Shown here: positions 1 through 10,202 of the stretch, one piece after another
Numbering within the stretch: the first letter of the stretch is position 1
Layout of the letters: each line of letters starts with the position of its first letter
NCBI GenBank assembly: GCA_041661745.1
Contig: JBAZTR010000001.1
Coordinates: forward strand, 15,740 to 79,739
Length of the DNA stretch: 64,000 bases
Direction: 5' to 3'
Source: Patescibacteria group bacterium
GTDB taxonomy: Bacteria > Patescibacteriota > Patescibacteriia > UBA9934 > GWF2-40-263
Notes under the pieces: generated by a model
What the model was told of the DNA's origin: nothing
The model's database searches: none
The model's input: the letters and a program-made list of their open reading frames with translations, nothing else
Made by a program: the position numbers and the translations under genes

Positions 1-556
1 GTTTGAGCTCTTTTTGTAGAGCTTTTTTGGCGCGATGCAGTAAGGTGGCCACCGAACCAGTTGGCATGCGTAGAATATCAGAAATTTCTTGATAACTTTT
101 TTCTTCAAAATAACGGAGAATAACGGCATCGCGATATTTTTTGGAAATTTTTGGCAGAGCTGCGGCCAATTCATCGGCTTCAATTTTTACATCTAACTCT
201 TTTTCAATATTGGTTTCGGAATCAAGGGTTAAAAAAGTTTTTTCCGGATCTTCAACATAGTGTCCGTATGGCCGTAAACTTTTTTTCCGAAAAAAGCTCA
301 TGGTTTCGTTGTGAGTAATGCGATAAATCCATGAGGAGAACGAAAGAGAGTCGTCGAATTCTTGTAAATTCTTATAAACTTTAATAAAGACATCCTGCAA
401 GATATCCTCGACTTCTTCTTTTTGAAACACGCCCAAACGCCTGATGTATCGGCTTAAGCGTTCTTGGTAGCGCGCCACGATGACGGAGAAAAGAAAGCGC
501 TCGTTAATGGACCCTTTAGCCGCTTCTTCATCCGTTAATTCTGCCAATTTTCGCAT
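1..556 (-). CDS. ECF-type RNA polymerase sigma-70 factor (runs off the left edge; not in the ORF track)
   Basis: Manual translation from ATG at 556: MRKLAELTDEEAAKRS...YQERLSRYIRRL...EDILQDVFIKVYKNLQEFD...FSSWIYRITHN (region 2) and YRDAVILRYFEEKSYQEISDILRMPTGSVATLLHRAKKAL (region 4.2). Confidence 0.92.
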   Translation of the reverse strand, partial: MRKLAELTDEEAAKGSINERFLFSVIVARYQERLSRYIRRLGVFQKEEVEDILQDVFIKVYKNLQEFDDSLSFSSWIYRITHNETMSFFRKKSLRPYGHYVEDPEKTFLTLDSETNIEKELDVKIEADELAAALPKISKKYRDAVILRYFEEKSYQEISDILRMPTGSVATLLHRAKKALQKELK

Positions 557-687
557 AGACCTATGTATTATACGCCTATTTTTGTTTTTTGTTTCAAAAT
601 TGCCTTTTGAAAGAATTTTGGCCGGCGTGGGTATTAATAACAGAAGCGCGCTTTAACAAATAAAAAAATAATTTTTCCTTTAAAATT

Positions 688-1365
688 ATGCGAAAAAACA
701 AAATCACCACTGGTTTGGCCCTGCTTGGCGTACTCGGCATGTCCGCGGCAGCGCCAAGTGTTTATGCCTCAGACTCCGCTTCTGATTCTGTTTCGGACGA
801 GCCTTCAACGGTTTTTTTAGGTGAGTTTGGCCCTGGTTCTGGCCATGACTCTAAATGGGAAGGGAAAAAGCATCGCGGCCCTGGTCCGGGTGGCCCCATG
901 ACAGCCGAGGAAATTGAGGAAATGTCGACAATTTTAGCTAATAATGATTTTGCTGCGTTTTTAGAAAAAATGAGTGAAAACGCTCCGGCCGATGCTCCGA
1001 TTATGACCGATGAACATATAGCCGAAATGCAGACCAGATTCGCTCACATGATCGAGCTTTACAATAATGGTGAGCTGCCCGGTGATCCGCTGACTGGCGT
1101 TCCCTCGGCTGACGGACGTGGAGCGCACGGCCGCGGCCCGGGCGGCCCGCCGATAAAAAACCAGGCTGACCTAGCCACAGTTTTGGCCAATGATGATTTT
1201 GACGCTTATCTTGACCTGTTACAGGAAAATCGTCCGGCCGAGGCACCGGTTTTGACTGACGAGATGCTCCAAAAGATGCAAAACCATTTTGATCGAATGG
1301 TTGAACGTTATAAAAACGGGGAAATGCCATGGCAACAACCGTCCGCTCCGGTCGAGGCGGAATAA
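688..1365 (+). CDS. Secreted hypothetical protein with an internal two-fold repeat
   Basis: N-terminal signal peptide; duplicated unit GPGGP...LA(N/D)NDF(A/D)A(F/Y)L...EN.PA.AP..TDE....MQ..F..M.E.Y.NGE.P. Confidence 0.7.
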   Translation: MRKNKITTGLALLGVLGMSAAAPSVYASDSASDSVSDEPSTVFLGEFGPGSGHDSKWEGKKHRGPGPGGPMTAEEIEEMSTILANNDFAAFLEKMSENAPADAPIMTDEHIAEMQTRFAHMIELYNNGELPGDPLTGVPSADGRGAHGRGPGGPPIKNQADLATVLANDDFDAYLDLLQENRPAEAPVLTDEMLQKMQNHFDRMVERYKNGEMPWQQPSAPVEAE

Positions 1366-1487
1366 TAACCAAGCGGGGAGATTTTCTTCCCCCGCCTTCC
1401 TAACCCTCTTACATTCGTTTGCGCCACCCCTTATCCAAGGGAAACGAAAAAGAGGGTTAAGAAGGCGGAATTTTTAGAAAAATATAT

Positions 1488-3425
1488 ATGATAAGAAAAA
1501 TTTTGGCGCAAATTAAGAAACGAAAAAAAACTTTCGTTGTTTTGGTTGTGTTTCTGTCAATCGGCGTTGTTTGGACCGTGAGAGCCATGGGAGGCGACAC
1601 AACTGAAACACGTTACTATTTATCAACTGTGGAAAAGGGAACTGTTTCTACGGTTGTCTCTGGCAGCGGCCAAGTTTACGGTAATGACCAAATTGAATTA
1701 AATGCGGAAGTTTCAGGAAAAGTGACGCAGGTTTTAGTCGCTAATAATCAGACTGTCGCCGAAGGGGCGACGCTTGCCACGATTAGTAGTACCTCGGCGT
1801 ATCAGTCGGTTCGTAGTGCTTCAGCCGCTTTGGAAAGTGCTAAGTTGGATTTGGAAGAACTGAAATCACCGACCGACAGTTTGTCTTTGTTGCAAGCCAA
1901 AAACGCTTTGGCACAAGCCAAACGAACCCTCGCCGGTCTTCAGCCGACTGACGAGGAAATTGAGGATGCCGAACAAGCTGTGGAAAAAGCCGAGCGTGAT
2001 TTGCAAGAAATAACTCTAACCTCCGAACAAGATGTTTCTTCGGCGATCGAAGAGGGTTATAACGCCGTGGTTTCGGCTTTCTTGGAATTGCCGGGAATCA
2101 AAAACGATTTAGCCGATCTTCTCGGTACAGCCAATAGTGTCGAAGAATATGTCGGGTTCTACGAATTATTAGTTGGTTCAGATTATACCGAAAAATTATT
2201 GATTGATTATTATTTAGCTGAAGAAAAATTAAATGCCGCCTTAGCAGATTATAATGATGCTAATTTATCCAGTGACAGCGAAGTTAAAACAGAATTATCC
2301 GAGAAAACCCTTGAGGCAGCCAAGGCGCTTTCTAACGCGTTTACTGATGCTCAAAACATGTTGGATGCCATTGAATCCGAAGATTACGATCGTTCCGCGG
2401 CCGCCAGCGTTATTGATGAAATGTCCCCGATTATTTCTTCCGATATCCTTTCTATCAACTCTATTGTTTCTTCGATTCAAACCTCGGTCGATACTATTGA
2501 ACGAGTCAACCTGACTTCGCCATACGATTTATCCGATGCCGAGGACACCTTGTCCGACGCTAAGGAAACTTTGGCTGAATTGAAAGACGGTCCCGAGGCT
2601 GATGATTTAGCCAAAGCCGAAGAAGATGTGGCGGAAAAGACACAACAGTTAGCTGATTTGGAAGCCGGAGCAACGGTCGCAGAAATCGAGGCACAGGAAA
2701 TTGTTGTGGCCCAAAAACAAAATGATTTAACCGAAGCCTACGAAGAACTGGCAAAATACACCATTAAAGCACCAGTCGCCGGCGCTGTCGCCGGACTTTC
2801 AATTAAAAGAGGCGACACTCTTTCCTCGGGAACTACGGTGGCCACGATTGTGTCCGATCAAAAAGTGGCGGTGATTTCTTTGAACGAAGTTGATGTGGCT
2901 AAAGTTAAAGTTGGTAACAAAGTTACTTTATCTTTTGACGCGATTGAAGACTTGGAAATTTCCGGCACAGTCGTTGATGTCGACATGATCGGCAGTACCA
3001 CGCAAAGCGTGGTGACTTATGATGTTCACATTGCTTTTGATACACAAGATGAGCGAATTCTTCCAGGAATGAGCGTGACGGCCGATATTATCACTGATGC
3101 CAAGGTTGATGTCTTAGTTATTGATAATGGAGCAATTGAAAGTCAGGGCGATATTTATTATGTGAATAAATTTGACAAAACATACACAGAAACAGAGATG
3201 ACTGAGGGAATTGTTTCGTCTACTGCGCCCACAGCGACGCAAGTGGAAATTGGTTTGGCCGGTGACACCCAAACAGAAATTATTTCCGGTTTAAGTGAAG
3301 GCGATCAGGTGGTTGTTCGCACCTCAACCAATTCAAGCAGTAGTGCCAGTTCTTCCAGTACTTCCTCGGCGGCCAGTCTATTCGGTACCGGTGGCGGCCC
3401 GGGCGGCGGTATGCCACCGGATTAA
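1488..3425 (+). CDS. Efflux membrane-fusion/adaptor protein (HlyD/MacA/YknX family) with long coiled coil
   Basis: N-terminal TM; lipoyl-like halves (AEVSGKVTQVLV...; IKAPVAGAVAGL..GD); LPGMSVTADI; C-terminal V.IGL.GD..TEIISGLSEGDQVV. Confidence 0.88.
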   Translation: MIRKILAQIKKRKKTFVVLVVFLSIGVVWTVRAMGGDTTETRYYLSTVEKGTVSTVVSGSGQVYGNDQIELNAEVSGKVTQVLVANNQTVAEGATLATISSTSAYQSVRSASAALESAKLDLEELKSPTDSLSLLQAKNALAQAKRTLAGLQPTDEEIEDAEQAVEKAERDLQEITLTSEQDVSSAIEEGYNAVVSAFLELPGIKNDLADLLGTANSVEEYVGFYELLVGSDYTEKLLIDYYLAEEKLNAALADYNDANLSSDSEVKTELSEKTLEAAKALSNAFTDAQNMLDAIESEDYDRSAAASVIDEMSPIISSDILSINSIVSSIQTSVDTIERVNLTSPYDLSDAEDTLSDAKETLAELKDGPEADDLAKAEEDVAEKTQQLADLEAGATVAEIEAQEIVVAQKQNDLTEAYEELAKYTIKAPVAGAVAGLSIKRGDTLSSGTTVATIVSDQKVAVISLNEVDVAKVKVGNKVTLSFDAIEDLEISGTVVDVDMIGSTTQSVVTYDVHIAFDTQDERILPGMSVTADIITDAKVDVLVIDNGAIESQGDIYYVNKFDKTYTETEMTEGIVSSTAPTATQVEIGLAGDTQTEIISGLSEGDQVVVRTSTNSSSSASSSSTSSAASLFGTGGGPGGGMPPD

Positions 3426-3426
3426 T

Positions 3427-4134
3427 ATGATTGAAATTAAAAACATCTCCAAAAAATACGAAACTGGCGGAACAGATTATTTAGCGTTAGACGACGTCAG
3501 TTTTAAGATTGAAGACGGTGAGTTCGTGGCTATTATGGGGCCGTCCGGTTCTGGTAAGTCGACACTTATGCATATCTTGGGGGCGTTAGACACACCAACC
3601 TCTGGTTCGTATTTTCTCAACGGTCAGGATGTTTCTTCGTTAAGCGAAGACGAACTGGCCGATATTCGTAAAGATAAAATCGGTTTTGTTTTTCAGTCTT
3701 TCAACTTACTGCCGCGCACCAGCGTATTGCGCAACGCCATGCTGCCTCTGGTTTATGCGGAAATGGACAAAGACGAACGAGTGAAAACTGCCAAAAGTTC
3801 CTTGCGGGCTACTGGCTTGGACGAGGATCACTTTGGTCATATGTCCAACCAACTTTCCGGCGGACAGATTCAACGTGTAGCCATTGCTCGAGCTTTAGTT
3901 AATAACCCGACCCTTATTTTGGCCGATGAACCGACCGGCAACCTTGATTCCAAAACCGGCGAAATTGTCTTGGCCACCTTTCAACAGTTGAACGAAGAAA
4001 AGAAACGCACAATTATTTTAATTACTCACGAACCTGATGTAGCCGAACACGCCAAAAGAATTATTTTAATTAAAGACGGTAAACTGGTCAGCGACAAAAA
4101 AAATCACGATCGTCGCATTGCCCCTCACCCCTAA
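3427..4134 (+). CDS. ABC transporter ATP-binding subunit (MacB/LolD-like)
   Basis: Walker A GPSGSGKS, signature LSGGQIQR, Walker [13 protein letters not shown]-loop ITHE. Start placed at ATG 3427, directly after the upstream stop, rather than at 3295. Confidence 0.93.
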   Translation: MIEIKNISKKYETGGTDYLALDDVSFKIEDGEFVAIMGPSGSGKSTLMHILGALDTPTSGSYFLNGQDVSSLSEDELADIRKDKIGFVFQSFNLLPRTSVLRNAMLPLVYAEMDKDERVKTAKSSLRATGLDEDHFGHMSNQLSGGQIQRVAIARALVNNPTLILADEPTGNLDSKTGEIVLATFQQLNEEKKRTIILITHEPDVAEHAKRIILIKDGKLVSDKKNHDRRIAPHP

Positions 4135-4166
4135 CCCCTCTCCCAGAGTGAGAGGGGGAAAAAACT

Positions 4167-5393
4167 ATGATTTTTTCTGATGTCTTAGAGGAAACCTTCT
4201 TTGCTTTATCAGCCAACAAAGTTCGTTCAGGCCTGACGGTTTTAGGTATTGTTATTGGTATTAGTTCGGTTATTGCCATGACAGCTATTGGCCAAGGAGC
4301 GCAGAATTCCGTGGCTTCGAGCATTGAATCTGCTGGCTCAAATTTGATTATGGTTAGGCCCGGGGCTTCACGCAGTATGGGGGCAGGGGTTAGTTCGGGC
4401 ATGGGCTCGGCCAGTACTTTGACCTTGGATGATGCTGAGGCTATTGCCGCCGAGGTTTCGGATATCGAGGCCGTGGCCCCTGAAAATTCCAGCCGTTATC
4501 AAGTTACAGCCAAGGGTACCAACACTAATACTTCGGTTGATGGCGTAACCGCCACCTATTTAGAAGTAAAAAGTTTGGAAATTGCCGATGGTTCTTTTAT
4601 TACCGAACAAAATATAAAAAGCAGTTCCAAGGTGGCGGTGTTAGGTCCAACCGTTCGTGATGATCTTTTTGGTGAAGATGCCACTGACGTGATCGGCCAA
4701 AGTGTTCGTATCAACAGTATTGAATTCAAAGTTATCGGCATAACCGAGGCCGAGGGCGGCACCGGTTTTGGTAGCCAAGACGACATAATTTATATTCCTA
4801 TTAGTACGGCCCAAAAATATTTATCTGGCAGCGAAACTGTCAGTACTATCAATATTAAAGCCTCGAGCTCGGAGGTTATGACTTCGGTTCAGGAAGAGGT
4901 TACTAGTCTTTTGTTGACTAGACATGATATTAGCGACTCGGCCTCGGCTGATTTTTCTGTAATGAACCAAGCCGACATTATTGAAACGGCTTCCAGTGTT
5001 ACTTCAACTTTTACCACGCTTCTTGCTGCCGTGGCTGCCATTTCACTTTTGGTCGGCGGTATCGGTATTATGAACATGATGTTGACCAGTGTTACTGAAC
5101 GCACCAAAGAAATCGGTTTGCGTAAAGCCATTGGCGCCAAGCGTCGCGAAATCAGTTTACAGTTTTTGACCGAGTCGGTCGTTTTGACCATGCTCGGAGG
5201 GACATTGGGAGTAATCTTAGGTTGGTTAATTTCTTTTATTCTATCGACTTTTAATATCGTGGCTGCCGAAGTTTCGTGGTATTCGGTAATTTTATCTTTT
5301 GTCGTTTCCGCGGCTATTGGTATTGTCTTCGGTTATTATCCGGCTCGCCGGGCGGCCGGTTTGAATCCAATTGTCGCTTTAAGATATGAATAA
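4167..5393 (+). CDS. ABC transporter permease (MacB/FtsX-like)
   Basis: RSGLTVLGIVIGISSV; GGIGIMNMMLTSVTERTKEIGLRKAIGA; YPARRAAGLNPIVALRYE. Confidence 0.93.
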   Translation: MIFSDVLEETFFALSANKVRSGLTVLGIVIGISSVIAMTAIGQGAQNSVASSIESAGSNLIMVRPGASRSMGAGVSSGMGSASTLTLDDAEAIAAEVSDIEAVAPENSSRYQVTAKGTNTNTSVDGVTATYLEVKSLEIADGSFITEQNIKSSSKVAVLGPTVRDDLFGEDATDVIGQSVRINSIEFKVIGITEAEGGTGFGSQDDIIYIPISTAQKYLSGSETVSTINIKASSSEVMTSVQEEVTSLLLTRHDISDSASADFSVMNQADIIETASSVTSTFTTLLAAVAAISLLVGGIGIMNMMLTSVTERTKEIGLRKAIGAKRREISLQFLTESVVLTMLGGTLGVILGWLISFILSTFNIVAAEVSWYSVILSFVVSAAIGIVFGYYPARRAAGLNPIVALRYE

Positions 5394-5414
5394 TAATTAA
5401 TTTATAAAAAAATT

Positions 5415-5825
5415 ATGCAAAATAAAATTATTGCGATTGTTCTCGGGGTGATCGTTGTGGCCGGTCTGTCATTTTTTGGTGGTATGAAGTACGGACAAAT
5501 GAGTGGTGGCGGTTTTGGTGGGGGAATGCCACCAGATGGGATGGCCTTTAGTGGCGGCGTGCCGGATTTAAATAGTGAGGTTTCAATACGAAAGATCGGC
5601 CAAGGCGGCGGTTTGATTGCCGGGGAGATCATTTCTATTGGTGAAAATAATCTGACAATTGAAATGTTCGACGGTGGTTCAAAAACCGTATATTGGTCCG
5701 ATTCGACGGAAGTCACCAAAGCCACGGCCGGAGCAACAACTGATTTGATTGTCGGGGCTCAAGTGACGGTCACTGGTAGTGAAAGTAACGGAACAACAAC
5801 AGCTAAGACGATTCAAATAAAATAG
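5415..5825 (+). CDS. Membrane-anchored hypothetical protein (DUF5666-like beta domain), last gene of the exporter operon
   Basis: N-terminal TM, Gly-rich linker, GEIISI...LTI...DLIVGAQVTVTG...TAKTIQI pattern. Confidence 0.6.
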   Translation: MQNKIIAIVLGVIVVAGLSFFGGMKYGQMSGGGFGGGMPPDGMAFSGGVPDLNSEVSIRKIGQGGGLIAGEIISIGENNLTIEMFDGGSKTVYWSDSTEVTKATAGATTDLIVGAQVTVTGSESNGTTTAKTIQIK

Positions 5826-5843
5826 TTTAGAAGCAAGTAAGAC

Positions 5844-5876
5844 AAAAAACACTCCAAACCAATGGAGTGTTTTTTT
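5844..5876. terminator. Intrinsic terminator, potentially bidirectional
   Basis: AAAAAACACTCCA-aaccaa-TGGAGTGTTTTTT perfect stem with A/T tails after the operon. Confidence 0.85.
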
Positions 5877-6220
5877 ATAGTCCGTTCGCGGCCTGATTTG
5901 GCTCATATAAACAGTCGGTACCTTTCTTGAAGTTATTTCAATGAGGCCGATGCAGCGTCTTTGTGCGGATAGTCTTGCGACCAAAGGCGTTCGACGCAGA
6001 TGATTTTCCCGAATAAACGGGATAACGCGGGGTTCTGATACCGCCGCCAAAGCAACGATAATTCCAAACCCATGAACCAAATTAGCCCAAAACAGTACCG
6101 CGAACTGGACAATTTTATGGTATCATATTAAGGGTTTGGAAGGGAGAGGAAGGGTCGGAAAGCGAACCCCTCGACTCCGAGACGTCGCTCGGGGCCTTCG
6201 GGGGGGGGACGAAGGGTTTT

Positions 6221-6859
6221 ATGAAAATAAAAAAAATAGTTTTTTACAGCTTTACTTTTGTTGTTTTCGCAATAATTGTTTTGTTTTTCGTTTCGCAATT
6301 TTTAGTTTGGCGAGCGGCTGAAGGAAAAATGTTTTCAGTGGCGGCAGCACCAAGTGAAACCGTGGTAATTGTCCCCGGGGCCAGTGTTCTTCGTTCTGGT
6401 CAGCCCTCGGATATGTTGGCCGATCGTTTGTTGACAGCAATCGATTTGTATCAGGCTGGTAAAGTTAGAAAGTTTTTGTTATCGGGCGATCATGGGCGAA
6501 CCGACTACGATGAAGTCGAGGCGATGCGCGAATATTTGTTAGCGCGTGATATTCCCGACGAAGATATTGTTCTCGACCACGCCGGTTTCGATACTTATGA
6601 CACCATGGTCAGGGCCCATGAAATTTTTCAACTTGAGGCAGTTCTGGTTGTCTCACAGACTTATCATTTGTCGCGAATAATTTATATTGGTGAAAATAAC
6701 GATATGGAGGTTTATGGTGTGTCAGCCGATCGTCAGACTTACGTTAAAATTGAATATTTTAAACTTAGAGAATCTTTAGCCAGAGTTAAAGCCGTTCTGA
6801 ACGTTTGGTTCAACAGTTCACCAAAGTATTTGGGTGAACCTATTCCCATTGTTTTTTAA
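6221..6859 (+). CDS. sanA: SanA/YdcF/ElyC (DUF218) family protein
   Basis: VPGASV...MLADRL..AIDLY..GKV..FLLSGD...YDEVEAM...DHAGFDTYDT...VSQTYHLSR...RESLARVKA. Confidence 0.85.
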   Translation: MKIKKIVFYSFTFVVFAIIVLFFVSQFLVWRAAEGKMFSVAAAPSETVVIVPGASVLRSGQPSDMLADRLLTAIDLYQAGKVRKFLLSGDHGRTDYDEVEAMREYLLARDIPDEDIVLDHAGFDTYDTMVRAHEIFQLEAVLVVSQTYHLSRIIYIGENNDMEVYGVSADRQTYVKIEYFKLRESLARVKAVLNVWFNSSPKYLGEPIPIVF

Positions 6860-6865
6860 AAATTT

Positions 6866-9310
6866 ATGAAGTATCGCGGTTTAACTTCCAACGAAGCCAA
6901 AAAAAATAAAGGGCGTTTTGGTGCTAATGTTTTACCGGAAGAAAAATTTGCTTCTGGTTTATCGATGTTTTTATCACAGTTTGCCAACCCATTAGTTTAT
7001 GTTTTGCTGGCGATTGGGGTTGTTTCGCTTATTGCCCAAAAACCCAGTGACGCAATTTTTATTTTTTTGGTGGTTTTTTTAAATTCAATTTTTGGTTTTA
7101 CTCAAGAATATAAAACTCAAAGAACTTTAATTGCCTTAAAGCGTATTGTTAAACCAAAAGCTCGAGTTATCCGTGATGGTCTGCGTCAAGAAATCGAGGC
7201 AATTGATTTGGTTCCAGGAGATGTTGTTCTTTTGGGGATTGGCGATCGCGTGCCGGCCGACGGGGCGATTCTGGAAGCCTCGTCTTTTTTTGCCGATGAA
7301 GCCATTTTAACCGGTGAAAGTGAGTCAATGGAAAAAAAGAAAGATGATTTGGTTTTTATGGGGACGATTGTAGCCTGGGGTACGGCGGTCATACAGATTA
7401 AAAAAACCGGCGCGGGCACCAAGATCGGCGAAATTGCCAAAATTATAAAAGAAACCATCCCCCTGCCGACAATTTTACAAGTCCGCCTTAAAAAATTGGT
7501 GCGAGGCATTATTTTTATTGGATTTTTTCTGTGTACTTTGGCACTTATCGTCGGTCTTTATGTTGGTTATGATTTTTGGGAAATCTTTGAAATCATTGCT
7601 GTTTTACTCGCAGCTATTTTGCCCGAAGCTTTGACCATTGCCGTGACGCTTATTTTGGTTTTGGCCATGCAAAAAATGCTTAAACGTAAAGCTTTAGTTA
7701 GAAAACTTTTAGCCGTGGAAACTTTAGGTTCGGTTTCGACCATCTGCATCGATAAAACCGGAACTTTAACCGAAGGAAAGATGCGGGTGACTAAAACCGA
7801 TTTCACCGATCATACTCGAGCCCTGACAACCCTGTGTCTTTGTAATAACCTTTCCAACCCAACCGAGCTGGCTTTGTGGGATTTTCTTTCAGAGCAAAAA
7901 AACTTTTTATCCCAAGAAATTTTCGATAGCCATACTAGATTTTTTGAAGTGCCTTTTAGTGGTCAACATAAATTTATGGCTACGGCCAATTGTCCGCCGC
8001 TCGGCGACGATTGTGCTTTGTATGTTAAGGGCGCCCCGGAAATCGTGGCGGCCATGTGTGGACTGTCGGCCGGTGAAACTAAAAAGATTTTGCAAAAAGT
8101 CGAGCGTTGGGGCAAAGACGGTCTGCGAATTTTGGCTTTGGCCGCCTGTCCCATTTCCAAAGATTCTGTCAAAAAGTTGGGAATAAAATCAATTCCTAAA
8201 CTTGAATGGCTAGGCTTAGTCGCATTATGGGATCCACCGCGAAAAGAGGTAAGGGAAACCCTGGCTATAGCCAGCCAGGCCGGCATTAAAATTAAAGTCA
8301 TTACCGGCGACTATCGTTATACGGCGGAAAAAATAATGAGCTTTTTGGGTTTTGAAATTAAAGCCGGCGGCCTGATAGAAGGTCATGAATTGGAAAGACT
8401 GTCTGATAAAGATTTAAAAGTCCGAGTAACTGATGCAGTTTTATTTACTCGGGTTACGCCGGAGCAAAAATTAAGAATAGTCTCGGCTTTACAGGAACTT
8501 GGTGAGGTGGTGGCCATGACTGGCGACGGCGTTAATGACGCTCCAGCTCTTAAAAAAGCCGATATTGGCATTGTTGTTGGCGAGGCTTCGGAAGTTGCCA
8601 AAGAAACCGCCGACATAACTTTGCTCGACAGTAATTTTAAAACCATTGTCGCCGCGGTCGAAGAGGGAAGAGTGGTTTTTGAAAATATTCGCAAGACGGT
8701 TTTTTACATGATGGCCGATTCTTTTTCGGAAATTTCTCTAATTTTAGGTTCGCTCCTACTTGGTTGGCCGTTGCCGCTTTCGGTTCTACAGATTCTTTGG
8801 ATCAATTTAATTTGTGATGGCCCACAAGATATTTTACTTGGTCTAGAACCCAAGGAACGCGAAATTATGGCCGAAGGCCCCAAACGGATAAATGATAAAA
8901 TTCTTAATCGTTTCCATTTTTTTCTAATTATCGTTATCTCTCTACTGGTGGCCGGCTCGGCTCTTTTGTTGTTCTGGTACTTTGGTTTATACCTAGGTGA
9001 TTTGCGTCTGGGTCGCACAATGTCATTCATGATGGTGGTATTGTCTTCAATTCTTTTGGTTATTCCGGTCAGAAGCTTCCGAAAACCTTTTTGGCGTTAC
9101 GAAAACTTTTGGGCCAATCCTTGGCTTTTGATAATCATGTGTTTCAACGCGATTCTTCAGGTCACTATTATTTATCTTCCCATCACACAAAGAATTTTTG
9201 AGCTTCAAGCCCTGCAACTTACCCATTGGATAATTTTATTTTCCTTCGTGGCCATGACAATATTGATTGTTGAAGCAATAAAATGGATGCGCCCGCGGAA
9301 GGTTTGGTAA
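6866..9310 (+). CDS. P-type cation-transporting ATPase (P2A/Ca2+-type-like)
   Basis: LTGES, DKTGTLT phosphorylation motif, KGAPE, MTGDGVNDAPAL, QILWINLICDG. Confidence 0.92.
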   Translation: MKYRGLTSNEAKKNKGRFGANVLPEEKFASGLSMFLSQFANPLVYVLLAIGVVSLIAQKPSDAIFIFLVVFLNSIFGFTQEYKTQRTLIALKRIVKPKARVIRDGLRQEIEAIDLVPGDVVLLGIGDRVPADGAILEASSFFADEAILTGESESMEKKKDDLVFMGTIVAWGTAVIQIKKTGAGTKIGEIAKIIKETIPLPTILQVRLKKLVRGIIFIGFFLCTLALIVGLYVGYDFWEIFEIIAVLLAAILPEALTIAVTLILVLAMQKMLKRKALVRKLLAVETLGSVSTICIDKTGTLTEGKMRVTKTDFTDHTRALTTLCLCNNLSNPTELALWDFLSEQKNFLSQEIFDSHTRFFEVPFSGQHKFMATANCPPLGDDCALYVKGAPEIVAAMCGLSAGETKKILQKVERWGKDGLRILALAACPISKDSVKKLGIKSIPKLEWLGLVALWDPPRKEVRETLAIASQAGIKIKVITGDYRYTAEKIMSFLGFEIKAGGLIEGHELERLSDKDLKVRVTDAVLFTRVTPEQKLRIVSALQELGEVVAMTGDGVNDAPALKKADIGIVVGEASEVAKETADITLLDSNFKTIVAAVEEGRVVFENIRKTVFYMMADSFSEISLILGSLLLGWPLPLSVLQILWINLICDGPQDILLGLEPKEREIMAEGPKRINDKILNRFHFFLIIVISLLVAGSALLLFWYFGLYLGDLRLGRTMSFMMVVLSSILLVIPVRSFRKPFWRYENFWANPWLLIIMCFNAILQVTIIYLPITQRIFELQALQLTHWIILFSFVAMTILIVEAIKWMRPRKVW

Positions 9311-9324
9311 AATAAAATAAAAAC

Positions 9325-9356
9325 AAAATCCGGCCGGGTTTAGCGGTCGGATTTTT
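9325..9356. terminator. Bidirectional terminator between convergent genes
   Basis: AAAATCCGGCCG...CGGTCGGATTTTT stem. Confidence 0.7.
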
Positions 9357-9360
9357 AAAT

Positions 9361-9978
9361 TTACTTTTTCTTTTTTGCGGCAACTTTTTTGGTTGCGACT
9401 TTGGCCTTGGCTTTGGTTTTCTTTTCCTCGACGACTTCCGGCTTTTCAATCTTTTCAATTTTCTCAACCGCTTCTTCCACTGCGGACGGGGCCAGAATTT
9501 TTAGAAGCTTATCAATTTTTGCATTTAAAATTTTAAATTGATCCATCAGCTCACCGGAATTCCTCTGCGGTTTTTCAACATTACTGGCACTGCGATCAAA
9601 GCAAGCTTCGCAGAAGATTGGTTTGCCAGCCATTGGTCGGAAGGGAACTTGGCAATCCTTGCCGCACTTGTCGCAAACAGCATCGTGCATTTGGCGCTCT
9701 TCGAAGCGCGGGCGTTCCGGTCGGTCACGACGTTCGCTTTCGAAGCGGTTAGGTCGGCCGCCATCATCACCCTGTTGCTTGGCAAAACAGTTGCTGCAAA
9801 ACACCGGGCGCTCGCCGGTTGGTTTAAAAGGTAATTGACAATCATCACCACATTCGCTGCAAGTAGCTCTAAACATAGCTGGTCGACCACCGTCTCGACC
9901 GCCAAATTTTCTGGGTCCACCAAACCCACCACGATTAAACCCGCCGCCCGGACGCTGAAAAGTTCCCATAATTAACAT
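9361..9978 (-). CDS. CxxC-x17-CxxC domain protein (two zinc-ribbon copies) with Lys-rich tail
   Basis: ATCSECGDDCQLPFKPTGERPVFCSNCF and AVCDKCGKDCQVPFRPMAGKPIFCEACF. Confidence 0.85.
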   Translation of the reverse strand: MLIMGTFQRPGGGFNRGGFGGPRKFGGRDGGRPAMFRATCSECGDDCQLPFKPTGERPVFCSNCFAKQQGDDGGRPNRFESERRDRPERPRFEERQMHDAVCDKCGKDCQVPFRPMAGKPIFCEACFDRSASNVEKPQRNSGELMDQFKILNAKIDKLLKILAPSAVEEAVEKIEKIEKPEVVEEKKTKAKAKVATKKVAAKKKK

Positions 9979-10067
9979 TTAGATTATTTAAGACGGTAAT
10001 AACCTTAGCATTTTTTCCAATTTAAATCAATGGTAAGCGTCCATAACCGGGATGTTATTAGACAGTC

Positions 10068-10096
10068 TTGCCTTTTTTCGACTGATTCCTTATAAT
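10068..10096 (+). promoter_or_regulatory. sigma70 promoter for tRNA-Asn
   Basis: TTGCCT-17 nt-TATAAT ending 31 nt before the tRNA. Confidence 0.7.
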
Positions 10097-10127
10097 ATCC
10101 ACGCGTTCTTTCGAAGATAGTAAACAT

Positions 10128-10202
10128 TCCGGGGTAGCTCAGCGGCAGAGCAGTGGACTGTTAATCCATTGGTCGTGGGTTCGATCCCCACCCCCGGAGC
10201 CA
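10128..10202 (+). tRNA. tRNA-Asn (GTT)
   Basis: Acceptor TCCGGGG/CCCCGGA, D arm GCTC-AGCGGCA-GAGC, anticodon arm GTGGA-CTGTTAA-TCCAT, T arm GTGGG-TTCGATC-CCCAC, encoded CCA. Confidence 0.97.

Noticed and set aside
3295-3426. N-terminal extension of the ABC ATPase in the ORF track
   Set aside because: It overlaps the adaptor gene; the family-typical start MIEIKNISK is at 3427.
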